NCBI GenBank assembly: GCA_030390025.1
Contig: CM059426.1
Coordinates: 1,116,001-1,180,000 of the forward strand
Source: Squalus acanthias
Lineage: Eukaryota
DNA: 64,000 bases
Reading direction: 5' to 3'
Every line of letters starts with the position of its first letter. The stretch's first letter is position 1. The position numbers and the translations under genes are program-made. Below are positions 26,733-39,870 of this stretch, one piece after another. The notes under the pieces were generated by a model. The model ran no database searches, was not told where the DNA came from, and saw only the letters and a program-made list of their open reading frames with translations.

Positions 26733-26789
26733 ATGATACTATTTAACTAACCACCCTGGTGCAATCCCTTAGTGTCTGTCTTTCATGCG

Positions 26790-28352
26790 GCTTTTCCTAT
26801 TCTAGTGCTCCTATGAATTGCTCCCCCAGTGGCTGCAGCATAGCTGGTGGAAGGCTGCTGACTTTCAGTGAGGGAGACTGCAGATGGCCTTGCAGGATGA
26901 CCTCGAGCAGCTCTGGACCTAAAAGGCCCGGGTGTAGACTGCACCACCTCGGCATGGGCAGCAGCAGTCTGGGCTTACTGGGTGACAGGCCAATGGGCAT
27001 GGGCAATGGGCCAGTGGGCACGGGCAATGCCGGAGTGGCAGTGGTGGGAGTAGGAATCCTGTCATCCTGAGAGAGGACAGCAGGTTCCTGCTCCACTGAC
27101 CCACTGTCACTCTCCAGAGGTTGGAAATCCTCGGCTCCATGTTCTGCACAGAGCCCCAGGCAATGTTGGAGGTGGACTCATCCACGCTCCTTAACATTGC
27201 CCAGAAACTCTCTGGCACCCTTGCCATTGCTACCCATCATTTCTGTGGGCATGCCAATCACCCTTCTTTTGAAGGCCTCCACATCGAGGTCCTCATCTGA
27301 GTTCTGTGCAGCAGAACTCGCGCGCGAAATCACCCTCCGGGAAACTGGCCCCCGAGCTACCCTTTCCCCCTGGCCTTGCTGCAGCCCACTCGTCCCCGGT
27401 GCCTCACCCTGTGAAGATCCCGCTACTACACTAGCCTCTAAATTGCACGTACTGCCAGTATCTGAGCTGGTGTCTGTGAGTGAGAGATGCAGTGAGGCAG
27501 TGTCCTCTTCCTCCTCCTCTTCTCGCTCTCTGCGATGCCCTCAGGGACAGGCTGTTTGTTGATTATCTGAAAGCACAAAGGCACAAGAGTTGGGTTATGG
27601 TGAGGGGGCGGGTGGGAAGCCAGAAATACATGCATACAGCATGAGTAGCTTGAAAGTGAGAAAAGATTGTGGGCTGAGGGGGAAGTGGGATGTGAGAAGA
27701 AGGATTAGGAATGACCATACCATTGTTGTCCCCAAAGAGTTGAACCTCGTCAGTGGCCACTGCCTCTGCCACGTGGCGCCCAATGATCTCAAGCACTGGC
27801 TGCTCAAGCTGGCTTGGGTGATGAAGATCCGCCTGCCCCCCTCCCGTCCGCTCCTGCTGGGGGCGGTTATGTGCAACCTTGGCCTGCAAGAGAAAGAGAA
27901 GTGGTGAGTGAGTTTAGTGCAAAGTGTTTGGGTGACGTTACTGCCATAGTTGAATAGCTGTCAGTGCGTGCAAGGCGTGAGATGTGGGTGAGATTGTTGA
28001 TAGGTGGAGATTGTTGCTTTGAGAGTGCTGGGGGTGTGGTGCAAGGAGCAGTGTGTGAAGCTGGTGGTGCAGATGGTGGTGTGTGACATTTGCTGAAGCC
28101 TTCACTCACCTTGCCCACCCCTATGAGGTCATTAAACTTCTTCCGGCACTGGGTGTGGGTCCTGGGGACAAAAGCACTGGGTGTGACGTGGTCCACTATC
28201 TCACGCCACATGGTCCTGGAAGTGTGTGGCGAGGGCCTCCTGCCAGTTTGTGGGTATAGCGCCTCCCGCCACCTCTCCACCGCGGAGACCAATGCCTCGA
28301 GAGCTTTGTCGTAGAACCTGCGGGCTCTCTCCCTCCTTCTATATTCTACCAT
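26790..28352 (-). pseudogene. Three-exon Harbinger Myb/SANT gene (exons 28352-28110, 27883-27721, 27566-~26790)
   Basis: ERARRFYDKALEALVSAV..MWREIVDHV..RTHTQCRKKFNDL; same splice positions as the first element; exon 3 has a stop. Confidence 0.82.
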
Positions 28353-28959
28353 CACGACTTGTAAGTGTTGCTTCTCCGTCCGCCTCTTCACTGTGCTGTT
28401 GGTGAGGTGCTGCAGCATTAATGCACCTTCCCTTTAACTAGTGGAAAAAGCTTGTGGCAATCATGACTGTGAATTAAACCGTCCCCGATATTGGTCCACC
28501 TGTTCAGTGTAACGCCACTGAGCAGCAGTTTCAGCGCTGAAATATGACTACAATCATGTTAATGAAGAGTGAGGACGAATTTTGCATCTTAACTAGACCA
28601 TTTTCAGATGGCGCAGCTTAACCTCATTTAATCTTAACACTGCCACTTTCTTGGCTATATCCAATTTTTAGCCCGAAATATTTAGATGATTCCAGAATGG
28701 AAAATAAACTAAGTTATTTTTTTTCATCTTTGTGGAAGGACTTTTTAAATTTATTTAGTTTTAGTCTGAATGTATCAGCACATCCAGTGGGACCTGCCAT
28801 GTACACTTAGCTCTTAAACAATCAAACCAGTCCGGCAAAGGAGCATTAGCACCACAACCATCATAGGAACCTTCAGTGCTATCGGCCTCTGGAGCAGATA
28901 AGATGCCAAATGGTGCTACCTGGAATGGAGGTGAGCTTACAAGACAACTGCTAACTATA

Positions 28960-29500
28960 TGAGACAAAGGAAATAGAAAGGGAAAGGGAGAGAGTGGATG
29001 AGGGAAGGGGGATGAGAGATATAAGGAAAGAGATGTTGAAAGAAAGGAGAAATGGTAATACGAGGAAATGAGAGGAAACTAAAGAGAAGGAAGCAAAGAA
29101 AGGGAAGAGAAGGAATGAAAGGCAAAGAGTGTGAAAACAAGAGGCAGAAAGAGAAAGATTATAAGAGAGACAGGGAGAGAGGGAATGAGAGAAAGGACAT
29201 GACAGAAAGAAGGAAACGTGAAAGAGAGGAAGAAAGAACAAAATAGAGTGAATGAAAGAGAGGAAATCATGGAAGAAAGAGAGTGAGAATAGGTGCAAGA
29301 GAGGGACAGGGAATATGACAGACAGGGACAGAGGGAATAAGATACAAGGAGGGAATAAAGGGAGGCAGGTGAGTGGGAATGAGTGAGAAATGGAATAACA
29401 GAGATAGTCAGACAGAGGGACTGTTGTAGGAAAGGACTATGAATGAAAGGGATAGAGAGTGAAAGATAGCGAGAAGGAGAAGGAGAGAATATAATCAAAT
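28960..29500. repeat. GA-rich low-complexity tract
   Basis: Almost pure purine strand over ~540 bp. Confidence 0.85.
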
Positions 29501-30102
29501 AGTTGAAAACTGAGCAGCCTATATTTTCCTACCGCTGTCATTTTAATGTGAGTGTTAACTTGTAAATGGGTTAAACCTGGCGTTAAAATAATGCCGATCA
29601 GAAAATATGGGCTAGCATGTCAAAGTCACACTTGGAGTTATTTGAGGATGTCAGTGAATGCTCCAGGTCACTACACTTAACATTTGTGGTTCTCTGTCAT
29701 TATGCAATTTTGCTTTCTGGCTCTTGAGCTTTGAACAGTTGGCCATCCCTACAGTATTTCATTCCTCATTATAGCATTTATGGGAAATTTGAATTCTTCA
29801 TGCTAACAACTGGGCTTAAACACACATAAAAATGTAACAGCACAAAACATTTTAAGACTAGCATTTGTATATTTTCTATGTGATCCAAAACCCATTAATG
29901 TAATAAAAATCTATTATGTTGTTCAGGGTAAGGAGAGAAATGAAAACATAATGTAAGGTTCTCACAGGGAAAATAATGTGGTGACAGATAAGTTTAACTG
30001 CATTTATACGAATGCAAAGAAACGCAAAGAATAAACTATTGGAATTAGAGGGATACACAACTGGTGAAAATATTGGCATTATTGGGATTGAGGAAATATA
30101 AT

Positions 30103-30858
30103 GGCCCAGAATTTGCGGTCAGCGGCGAAGCAACAGCGATCGCTGCTGACCACAAAGAACGCTGCCCACAAAGATCTTGCGATCTCTGTGGCGAAAACTT
30201 TAGGTTTTTCCACGTTAAATAGATTGTAGCGCTGTCAAAGTGGTAGCCCCAGCACGATGCAGCAGTGATGTCATCAAGCTGTCCAAGCAGCCAATCTCAT
30301 TGAAGAATTCTCACAGACAGCAAACCAGGAAATAAAAGGCACTTATTCAATTCACTTTTAATTTTTTTTTTACAGAAAGCGAAATAAAGATTGGACATAC
30401 ACATGGGGCTACGGTAGAAGCTGAAATATCATAAACAAACTAAAATTTTTTTAATTATTTAAAAAATCTAGTCATTTTCTATTATAATGTAGAAATTTGG
30501 CATTCCACAAATATAAAATTCATTTTTTCAGGGGCAGAGCAGTTATTCAGCAGTCAATACACCGTTAAAACCCCACTTACACCTGTTCCAACAAGGCTTA
30601 ACTTTTAATGGAGTGTTTAACAGCGCAATTAGATCGGTGAAGCTTAAGTTTTCATCAGCCCAACTGATTCCACTGACTGCCAGCTATGGGGAATTTCACA
30701 GCGCAGCCTGTGACGGAGCAGGGAATAATTGACCACAACTTCAGAATTTCCACATTTATCCACGCGTGCGCTAAATCCTGAAGTTACGGCCAGTTTCAGA
30801 GGGCTAATGACGGCGAACACTGACAGTTCGCCATCATTACCACCGCAAAATCTGGGCC
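30103..30858. mobile_element. Harbinger-type MITE (family B)
   Basis: TIRs GGCCCAGAATTTGCGG / CCGCAAAATCTGGGCC with perfect TSD AAT. Confidence 0.9.
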
Positions 30859-33392
30859 AATATGGGCGGTTAGAAGTCTTTTTTACCCAAATAGTTATCC
30901 GAATGTGGAATGCCAAAACAACTACCGAAGCTGTCAATCGCCGCATTTAAGTGGCAATTAGAAGAAGAACTTGAAGAAGAAAAATATTTAAAGGTGTGGG
31001 GAAAGAACAGGGAAATGGGATAGTGTAGGATAGCTCAGGTATGGAGCCAGCACTGGCACAATTACAAGGGATTTCCATCTCTAACCTGCAATAAGAAGAT
31101 GTTGGCCTGAAATTTTTATGATTCTATGGCTGGGAGCTGAAGGCAGATCTATTAAGTTGGGCAGAGGAGTAGTGATTTTGTTAAGTAATGATATAAAAGC
31201 TATCAGAAAGATAGAAATAAGAGCAGGAAGGATAATTGCAGGAGCAATTTGGGCTAAAATTGGTAATGGTAAGAACAATAAAGGAACAATTGGGGAATTG
31301 TTACGACCCACTAGATCGAGGCGAATGGGTAGATAGAGAGCGATATAAACAAGTAAAAGAGGATGCTGGGAATAATAATAATCAGTTGGGAGCACAATAT
31401 CCAGGAAGTAAAATGGGCAAACTAGAGGTGAAGAGCTCCAATCAACTTAGGTCTCACTGTATGTTCTAAACTTTAAATGATGTACAGACCTTGTATTAAA
31501 TAACACATTGGCACCCATCTTTAACAGTGTTCACAAACTTAAAGGTTTCTTGTGTGCTGGAAGCATGGTATTTGTGCCACTCATTGTAGCATAGTGATTA
31601 TGGTACTGGGCTAGTAACCCTGATGTCATGAGCAGCATTGGGGTTCACACACACTGTATTACCTTGCTATACACAGTTGTCATGATGACACTGACAAAGC
31701 CAATTCTATTGCCCCTTCCTGGTTGTGCTTCTTTAACAACTTGTTTGGTCACTTTGCAGGAAATTATCGGGGGGATTTCTTCTCCGAGCTCCCGCCTGAA
31801 AGCGGAATGTCAGAAAAATCAGGCTGTGAGGCCTACGCCGCCTCACCACAAAAACCAGGATTTCCCTCCACCCCACCCCACTCCCAACTCTACCCCAACC
31901 CGACCTGGACTGTCACTGCCTGCTCCTTCCCTGCCCACTGCATGCAAATGGCAGCAGCAGTGTGAATCCCCGGCACATTTACCCTCCCATTTACTGGTGC
32001 TTCCCAGGGCCACTATGTGGAAGGTGATGGTCGGCTCAAGGACGCTGCAGTAATAGGCCTCGACTTCCCCCAGTGGAGGGTTAGGGTCTTATAGAGGATC
32101 TCCTTCCCCTCCAGTCAGCCCCAGACACTTTACCGCCGAAAGCCTTGATTTCGCCCTTCAGTGGGTGCCTTCATTGTGATCCTCATGGTCCCCGGTCAGT
32201 CTTCTAGTGTCATCGGTTGCCATGGTGGGCTCCCTGTTGGTGACGGGAGTCCCACTGTGCATTACGCAATTAGCCAGGTGCAGGTAAATGGCTCGGACAT
32301 GGGAAGTCCTGTCCTGCTGGAGCTTTACCCTGAGGAAGAGAATCCCCTCCATGAGTCATATGTGGAAGTGCTCCCTTCCCTTCCCCAAAGGACTTTAATA
32401 AACCATCCGGGTTTTAACAACAATCCCACAACTTTCCTGATCATTTTTTTTCGAGGGGACAACCTGTTGATGGCTGCAAGAGACATTTTGTGCTTATTTG
32501 ATATGGAAGACTTCCTCTTAATGATCATAACTGACCACGACACAAACCGTCCTGTCTACATCTACCCCTTCCCCACCACAAGTACGTCCTCACCTACAGA
32601 CCCTTCATTGTTTGTGTCAATGCACACAGTTCCCATTCACGCCCCCTCATCTAAACCACTTCCAAACCTTTCTAAGAACAAAATCTGTACAGACATCAAC
32701 TTTACTGCCAGCATAATTTGAATTAAAATCTTTACAGGACGTGTGTGCGTAGTATTTCCCACCACAATGCTTCCCCTTGTTGCCACTGTGTGAGCTCTTA
32801 ATCTTAATTGTGCGCTTCCTCTAGGTGCTACCTGAGTAGCAGGAGTAGCTACATAGAATTACATAGAATTTACAGCACAGAAACAGGCCATTCGGCCCAA
32901 CAGGTCTATGCCGGTGTTTTTGCTCCACACGAGCCTCCTCCCACCTTACTTCATCTCACCCTATCAGCATACAGCTGGCTGCTGTATTTCAATCTGAGCC
33001 TCTTAGGTGGCCCTGGTCTTGTAGCAGCTAAGACGTGAGGTGAAGCTGCTGCAGGCTGCTCCATGGGAAGCCTGATCCTGGTGCCCTTCCACACGCGCAG
33101 GCCTTGCGGGAGCTGCCATCCTGAAAGTAGCATCAACCGTGACGATCCCCACGAGTAATGGGCATTGCCTCCCTGTGGACACTGATTTGTGGACAAGCAG
33201 ATCTCACTGGAACCAATCAGATCAGTGAAGCCCCGTCAAATGCGAGTCTGTCTCCCAGCCCCAATTACTTCGAGGCCAGAAGAGATGGCGCTCTGCAATC
33301 TGGTGCCCCAAACCTCTATGGCAGCAGTCTGAGCATCCATGGAGGAAGCAAAGACTGTGCTTAGAGCCTCTGTCTTGAGGGTCTTGCGTGGG

Positions 33393-33588
33393 TCATGTGG
33401 GCCTCGCCTCCGTCATGTGGGCCTCACCTCCGTCATGTGGGCCTCGCCTCCGTCAAGGGGGCCGCGCCTCCGTCATGTGGGCCTCGCCTCCGTCATGTGG
33501 GCCTCGCCTCCGTCATGTGGGCCTCGCCTCCGTCATGAGGGCCTCGCCTCCGTCATTTGGGCCTCGCCTCCGTCATGTGGGCCTCCGC
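33393..33588. repeat. 20-bp minisatellite, ~10 units
   Basis: Unit gtcatgtgggcctcgcctcc. Confidence 0.92.
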
Positions 33589-34596
33589 CGCAGATCTGGC
33601 TCAACTGCAATGCTTAGGGATTTTGGCTCTTAATGAAAAGACATGAACCTTGCCTTACAGTCACTGTTTAACTGGGCCCCTTACAACATGCTACAGCAAG
33701 GCACCTCATAGTGTTTTTCTTAATCAAAAACATACCATTTTTCAATAAAACGGACAGAGTGCTGTGTGCATGTTCTCACGTAACATACCAATTCCGTCCG
33801 TTCCAAGCTTTGACGTGCAGGAGAGGCAGATTTTATTTTGGAACAATAATAATCACTGGGAACCATTTGCTTTTTAACAGTCCACAAGACAGCCATCTGG
33901 AATTTTTATTTTTTACAAGGGAAGTGCATCTCCCTCAGTGACATTACATGAGATCAGCACCTCGGTGAAGCCAAGGATTAAACGTGTGAGTTGTGATTCC
34001 AGCACCACTGGGAAGCGAGACCTGGATTTGGAGTTGGATGGAGAGTGGACCCTGGACCCAGATGGGGAGCAGGAGTTGAAGCTGGATCAGGAGCCGGATC
34101 CGGAGCTGGATTGGAAGCAACACCAGCAGCGGGAGTGTCCAAACAGCGGGTGAGGCAGGAATACAAGGCCCCGGGTCATTTAAATTCTTCCTACATTAGT
34201 TTGTAGCTACTAAAACAAAAAAGATTGCTTATAATTTGCACAATGCGATTAAAGCATTTACAAGTTCGTTCTCCCAGTGGCTTATTGGATAAATACCATG
34301 TCTGGTACTGAGCTGTACTGACTTAGAAGGTCCAAGTTGAACCCAGGTCTGTGCTGAATTAACTCATGTCAGTTAAGGTCACTAGTTATAACACTACAAT
34401 TAGCCTTTGTGCCCTTACCGGACAGGTAGCTGCTCCTGAACACTATCCAGAGAATCATAGAAGATCCAGAGAGCCCCGCAGGAAAGTATGGGCGTGAGGT
34501 GCGGATAGGATCGAGCTCACGTGTGACGGCCCCAAGCTCTGACCCTGGTGACCCTGTCAATACTCACTCTTGGTCATGTTGACCATTAGGTAATAT

Positions 34597-35489
34597 GGGG
34601 GAAAAATTCAGTTGGTTGCGCCTCCCGTTAGCGCCTTAAGATGGCGCTAATGGGGCGCAAAGCATCTAGCGCCCGGGCGCGGCGAAGTTTGCGCCACTCG
34701 CGAAATTAACTAGACATTTTGCGGCGGCGCTAAACACTACCGCCACGATCTCCTGCGCCGGCAGATCGTGATGTCAGTCGAGTGCGTAACGCCCCGGTAT
34801 CGCCCCAGAGCGGATATTGAGTGGCGCCCCCTGCCTTACCGCCTGACGCAAGCAACGACAGGTTGAGGGGAGCGTTCTGCAGTCATGAAGGGAAAGGGGG
34901 AGCGCTATTTAAAGGTGACCGCTTCCTGCCTTTTATTGTTGGTGCCATTTTTGAACTACGCATTCTGAGAGAGAGAGGGAGAGACTTCTGGAGAGATTCA
35001 ACGCTGTGTGAAGGAGTTTTGGGTACTGAGCAGCACTTTGCAGGTTCATTTTGATTTGCCATTCCTTGTATCGATTTAGAAGAGACTGTGGTGGCTGCAC
35101 TCTGAGCTCTTTGCCTGGTACTCTCCATTGTTCTTTCCAGCAGATTTGATGTGCAGGTCTCTCCAGGCCGAGATTCAAGGCTGCAATGAGCAGGATGTGG
35201 ATGGAAAGCAAGATTAACCATCCCCTTTAAGAACTAGCCCGTGCCATTGTGTGTGTGTTCCATTGCTGACTGACATCAAATGAGCTTCGCCAGTGCTCTG
35301 AGGTAGCGCCTCGCTCCTCGGCCTTTGCGCCTTAAGACAGGTGTGAAGCGCCTGATTTAGCGCTCCACTCACCTCCCGGGGCGATAAAAGTCAAGTTTGC
35401 AGTCGGTGGCGATAATTAGCGCCAGGCGCTAATCTTTGCGCCCGGCCGATAATTGCGCCCCAAATGTGGCGATACTGAATTTCTCCCCC
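34597..35489. mobile_element. Harbinger-type MITE (family A)
   Basis: TIRs GGGGGAAAAATTCAGT / ACTGAATTTCTCCCCC with TSD TAT. Confidence 0.88.
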
Positions 35490-35844
35490 TATTTCTCTAT
35501 AGCAGATGCTTTTGGTCGACAGACTTTGCAAGCCTTCTTATGCAGCTCTCCGACTGCGATTACATTTCCCAGACCAGCAACTGCTTTGACCTTCCCTCCC
35601 TTGCCCTCAGTCCTTTCTCTCGCTGCTGCCACTGGTCCCCACTCTTGCTGCCTCTGGTGCTGCTGCCAGTCCCACTTCCAAACCTACTCCAGGTCCCATT
35701 ATCCATCCAGCTCCAGGTGCACCACCCACTCCTCAACTAACCAGGTCCTGGTCCAGGTCCAATTCCTAATTCAGCTGCAGCTCCAGGTTCCACTCTCTAT
35801 CCAGCTGCTGGCATGGCAACCTGCTCCCCGGTGGTCCAGGTAGG

Positions 35845-36106
35845 GCCCCGCAGGGTTGTGGGCTTGGACCCTCCCCTTTAATGAGGGGAGGAGCCCTTCC
35901 ATGTGGCAGCGCTACGTGGCCCAGTGCGCAGCGCTGCAGAACGCACCGCCCCGATATTCGGGGTTAGCGCTCTAAGAAGGAAGTGGAGTGCTTGAATTAG
36001 CGCTCCACCTCCCTCTTGGGGCACTAAAACTGAAGTTAGCGATCACTGGCGCTGTTTATCGCCGGATGTTAGCAACCCAAAATGGTCCGTATCGAACTTT
36101 TCCCCC
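35845..36106. mobile_element. Partial family-A-like MITE (one end)
   Basis: Ends CGAACTTTTCCCCC; similar to the reverse complement of 6192-6480. Confidence 0.6.
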
Positions 36107-36114
36107 TTTGTTTC

Positions 36115-36492
36115 TTTGAGCACACTTCCACGGAGCACCCAACCATCCAATGAGCTCTGGTCACACCGCCCATGGGGCACCCAACCATCCAATGAGCTCT
36201 GGTCACACCTCCCATGGGGCACCCAACCATCCAATGAGCTCTGGTCACACCGCCCTTGGGGCACCCAACCGTCCAATGAGCTCTGGTCACACCTCCCATG
36301 GGGCACCCAACCGTCCAATGAGCTCTGGTCACACCTCCCACAGAGCACCCAACCGTCCAATGAGTTCTGGTCACACCTCCCATGGGGCACCCAACCGTCC
36401 AATGAGCTCTGGTCACACCTCCCATGGGGCACCCAACCGTCCAATGAGCTCTGGTCACACCTCCCATGGGGCACCCAACCGTCCAATGAGCA
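36115..36492. repeat. 42-bp minisatellite, ~9 units
   Basis: Unit gagctctggtcacacctcccatggggcacccaaccgtccaat. Confidence 0.92.
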
Positions 36493-37009
36493 GGAAAGTG
36501 AGGCAGCAGGCTCTAAATGTCCGTCCCACTTCATTTGAATCCTTAGACTTTCCCTGCATCTCCTCCTGGTGGGTGGTCTGAAGGGAATCCCGGAATAGTG
36601 CAGTGGGGACAGAGACCTGATGTCATGGGCCTGCCCTTTATCCTCTTTGCTGCACTTGACCGTTCCCCTGGGCTCACAGAAGAGAAAAAAGATTAACATC
36701 GTCACCCCCAGAGGACAGCTGGAGGTCTGTGTCCATAGAGATGTAGCCCAACAGCTTTCTTTATAGCAGAGTGCTGTCTCAGTCAGTCGTCACACTCGGG
36801 GAGGGTCGGAGAGCACAAACTTCACCTTTTAACAAATGTTCCCATCTCGGATGCTTCTGATTGGGATGAAAGATACCGGGTAGCAGCATGGTCATTTATG
36901 AATGGGCTAGAGCTGTGTGGAGGCAGGTCTCCAGCTCATCCTCTCGGTCCCTGATTGGAGAAGATGCCTGGCTCAGGACTGATCTACAACAACCTTTTAG
37001 ACAACTAGG

Positions 37010-37280
37010 TTGTAGGAGCATTAGGAACAGGAGTAGGTTCTTCAGCCTCTCGAGCCTGCTCCACCATTCAATTCGATCATGGCTGACCTGCACCTCAACT
37101 TCATTTACCCGCCTTTGCTCCATATCCCTTGATACCCTTAGCTGACAAAAATCTATCTATCTCAGTCTTGAAAGCTCCAATTGACCCAGCATCCACAGCC
37201 TTTTGGGCGAGAGAGTTTCAGGTTTCTACTACCCTGTGTGTGGAAAAAGTGCTTCCCGATTTTGGTCCTCAATAGCCAAG
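37010..37280 (-). mobile_element. CR1 3' end fragment
   Basis: Reverse-complement match to the CR1 3' UTR (aggagtagg..cctcgagcctgctccaccattca). Confidence 0.75.
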
Positions 37281-37941
37281 CTGTACCAAATATGGAAATA
37301 ACCACTGATGATCTAGTTAAGGAAAGTCGTGTTGTATATATTCAGTGTGCTGGATCCAATGCCAAGTGATTGGCCACGTTTTTGGATTGCTCTTGGTATT
37401 TTCTTATGTATGTGCGGCTACATGCTGCTGGTACGAGCGCACGGAGTTGCCTTATGGTGGACTTGTGAGATCGGGCACAAACAAATCACTGCTGGGGATT
37501 GTGAGCTTCAGCTAGATGCTAATGAATCCCTTCCGCCCGATGGTGACAGAACATATTGCAAGCCATTACAGCAAAGCAAGATCTGCTACACAAGACTGCA
37601 GCTGTACTGTTTAATAGGTGCAAGCAGCTGACACACGGTGACAAAATGATTCAAATTACCGCTAACGACAGGAGTTAAAACAATAACACAGTTCAGACAG
37701 AGTGCACCAAAAACAAACGTAAAGAACTTGCGCGGTAATGACAAAAATCCTCAAATCCTAACATAAGAAGTGCTTTTTAAGAGATTGCAGTCATATTTTT
37801 AAAAAAGTAATTAACATAACTTGTTAAGTCTAAAAAGGTGTTAAAAATAAAATCTACACAATTTACTTCGAACTCAAAGCCTTTTCAGGAAGCTGAACAG
37901 GTCTATATATGAAGTCACATGAAAACATAGTGCAGGCTAAT

Positions 37942-38707
37942 GGCCCAGAAATTAAACATGGATGGTTCCCGCGGGGGTAAGGATTCCCCGCGATATCGCA
38001 CTCCGCGCCTACCTTTTTGCTCCGGGCCCACACGAACTTTAGTTTCAAAGGCTCACTCTTTTGGAACCGCGCAGTGTGTGCGTATCCCAGAGGCGCAATT
38101 AGTTCGTGCGAGCTCTGGGATCACGTGATTCAGTTAGAGCCAATGGCAGCACACCATCTTTCATTCATAGTTTTGACGGCAAGAGCTGTCAAAGCTATGA
38201 ATACTACACACCCCCAAAAGAACAGCTAAACCTCAATTAAATTTTTTTTAAAAAGCCATCACATTAATAAAATAAGTATAGTTAAATAAATTAACCACTT
38301 TAAACAAAAAATTAAATTTTTGAAAAAATTTAAAATCGTTTTAAAAGTTATAAAAATAAACTTACCTTTCTTTAAAGTCTCTAAAAAAGATAAACCTGTT
38401 GAAAAAAATTTAAAATAACACTTAATTAACTACTTACCTTGTTAAAAGGGGGTCCTACGCCTGCTTTCTTTGTGTGTAAAATCTTCACCACTTACCTGCG
38501 CGTTCAAAGCTGGAAAAATAACTAAGTGCACTGCGTGCGCGCAGCCTGTAGTGCGCACACGGTTCACTTAGGAACTGCCCCCTTTTCAATTCACGGAGTG
38601 CCGGTTTTCCACGCATGCGCAGTGCACGCAGGAAACCGGCAATTCGGGATCTAATACGCGAGAGTACACAGTGCGTACTCTCGCGTATTAGGTTTAATTT
38701 TCGGGCC
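37942..38707. mobile_element. Harbinger-type MITE (family C)
   Basis: TIRs GGCCCAGAAATTAAAC / GTTTAATTTTCGGGCC; inverted homolog of 11797-12551. Confidence 0.85.
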
Positions 38708-39467
38708 ATTGTATTTGTCATCAGTGGGATTTATTGCTGCTCTCCCAGTAACTCTCTTCAGGTTAAAGAAAATGATTTTAAGTGAGAATGATGACTGCTT
38801 CCGAATTCTAATCAATACTCCATTAGGATTTATATACTCGAAGAAAAGTAAGGGTCCACAATTTTATGCAAGAACTTTTTTTTTAAATCTGCTAATTTAA
38901 TATTTCCAATATTAAGAGTGATTTAAATGTAGCAGATTAGACATCGCAGCAATGCAAGATCAGCAGTAAAACTACAGCTGGTTCAGTATGTTTTGTCAGG
39001 TGCCCGGTGAGTCTCGCATCACTTCAAGCTGTGCTCCAGTTACACTACTATTCATTAGTTCTTATATAACATTAGAAATTTCACTGACTGGGTCAGGACT
39101 TGGCACAACCAGATAAAAATCTACTGTTTTTGAAGGAGTTGGTATGGATAGGAAATAGTGAACTGGAGTAGGCCATTCACCACATTGAGCCTGCTCCACC
39201 ATTTTTGTTAGCCATGGTAGCGCTATCTTTTTAATCCCAGTTCCCTGCCTTGTCTCCAGATCCCTTAACAATTGACTTGCTATAGACAGCAGCACACATT
39301 TTTCATTCCGCATTAAAACACTTTCAAGATGACCACTGAGCCTTATAGTGACTTACTTGACCTCCGTCCACCACTAACTAATCTCATAGCCAAGGTCATG
39401 ACGGATCAAATCAGCATTATCAAGATAACCACTAGATGGCAGCAACGAGCAAGCTTAATTGACAGGC

Positions 39468-39870
39468 AAAAGCAAAATACTGCGGATGCTGGAAATCTGA
39501 AATAAAAACAGAAAATGCTGGAAACACTCAGCAGGTCAGGCAGCATCTGTGGAGAGAGAAACAGAGTTAACGTTTCAGGTCGATGGCCTTTCGTCAGAAC
39601 TGGGAAAAGTTAGAGATGTGACAGGTTTTAAGCAAGTACTGAAGCGGGGAAAGGCGGGAGGGGAGGAAAGAACTTCATGAAGCTCAATATAAGCTCGAGG
39701 AACAACACCTCATCCTTCGATTAGGCACTTTACAGCCTTCTAGACTCAACATTGAGTTCAACAATTTCAGATCATAACCACCGCTCCCATTTTTTCAGAC
39801 GGCAGGTGCTGGTAAGGATTCTGCTATTGCCATTTACGCCTCCTCTAGACCCATCTTTTGTTCATTTACT
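39468..39870. mobile_element. Penelope-like element remnant: inverted 3' tail joined to the sense C-terminus
   Basis: 39680-39777 encodes KLEEQHLILRLGTLQPSRLNIEFNNFRS*, close to the C-terminus of the ORF ending at 57648; 39468-39672 is the antisense tail. Confidence 0.85.
39565..39601 (-). ncRNA. Minimal hammerhead ribozyme motif
   Basis: AGUU-CUGACGA-AAGGCC-auc-GACCU-GAAA-CGU-U-AACU, with one mismatch in stem II. Confidence 0.65.

Larger units (their letters stand above)
25697..28674. mobile_element. Second PIF/Harbinger element, internally deleted, left end lost
   Basis: Transposase start (+), Myb gene (-) and right TIR CCAATTTTTAGCCC. Confidence 0.82.

Noticed and set aside
28951-29498. 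Hydrophobic S/L/F-rich ORFs resembling membrane proteins
   Set aside because: They are translations of the GA-rich low-complexity tract.
36115-36492. Regular repeats resembling a CRISPR array (also 33393-33588 and 63550-63990)
   Set aside because: The units are head-to-tail with no unique spacers and no cas genes; these are eukaryotic minisatellites.
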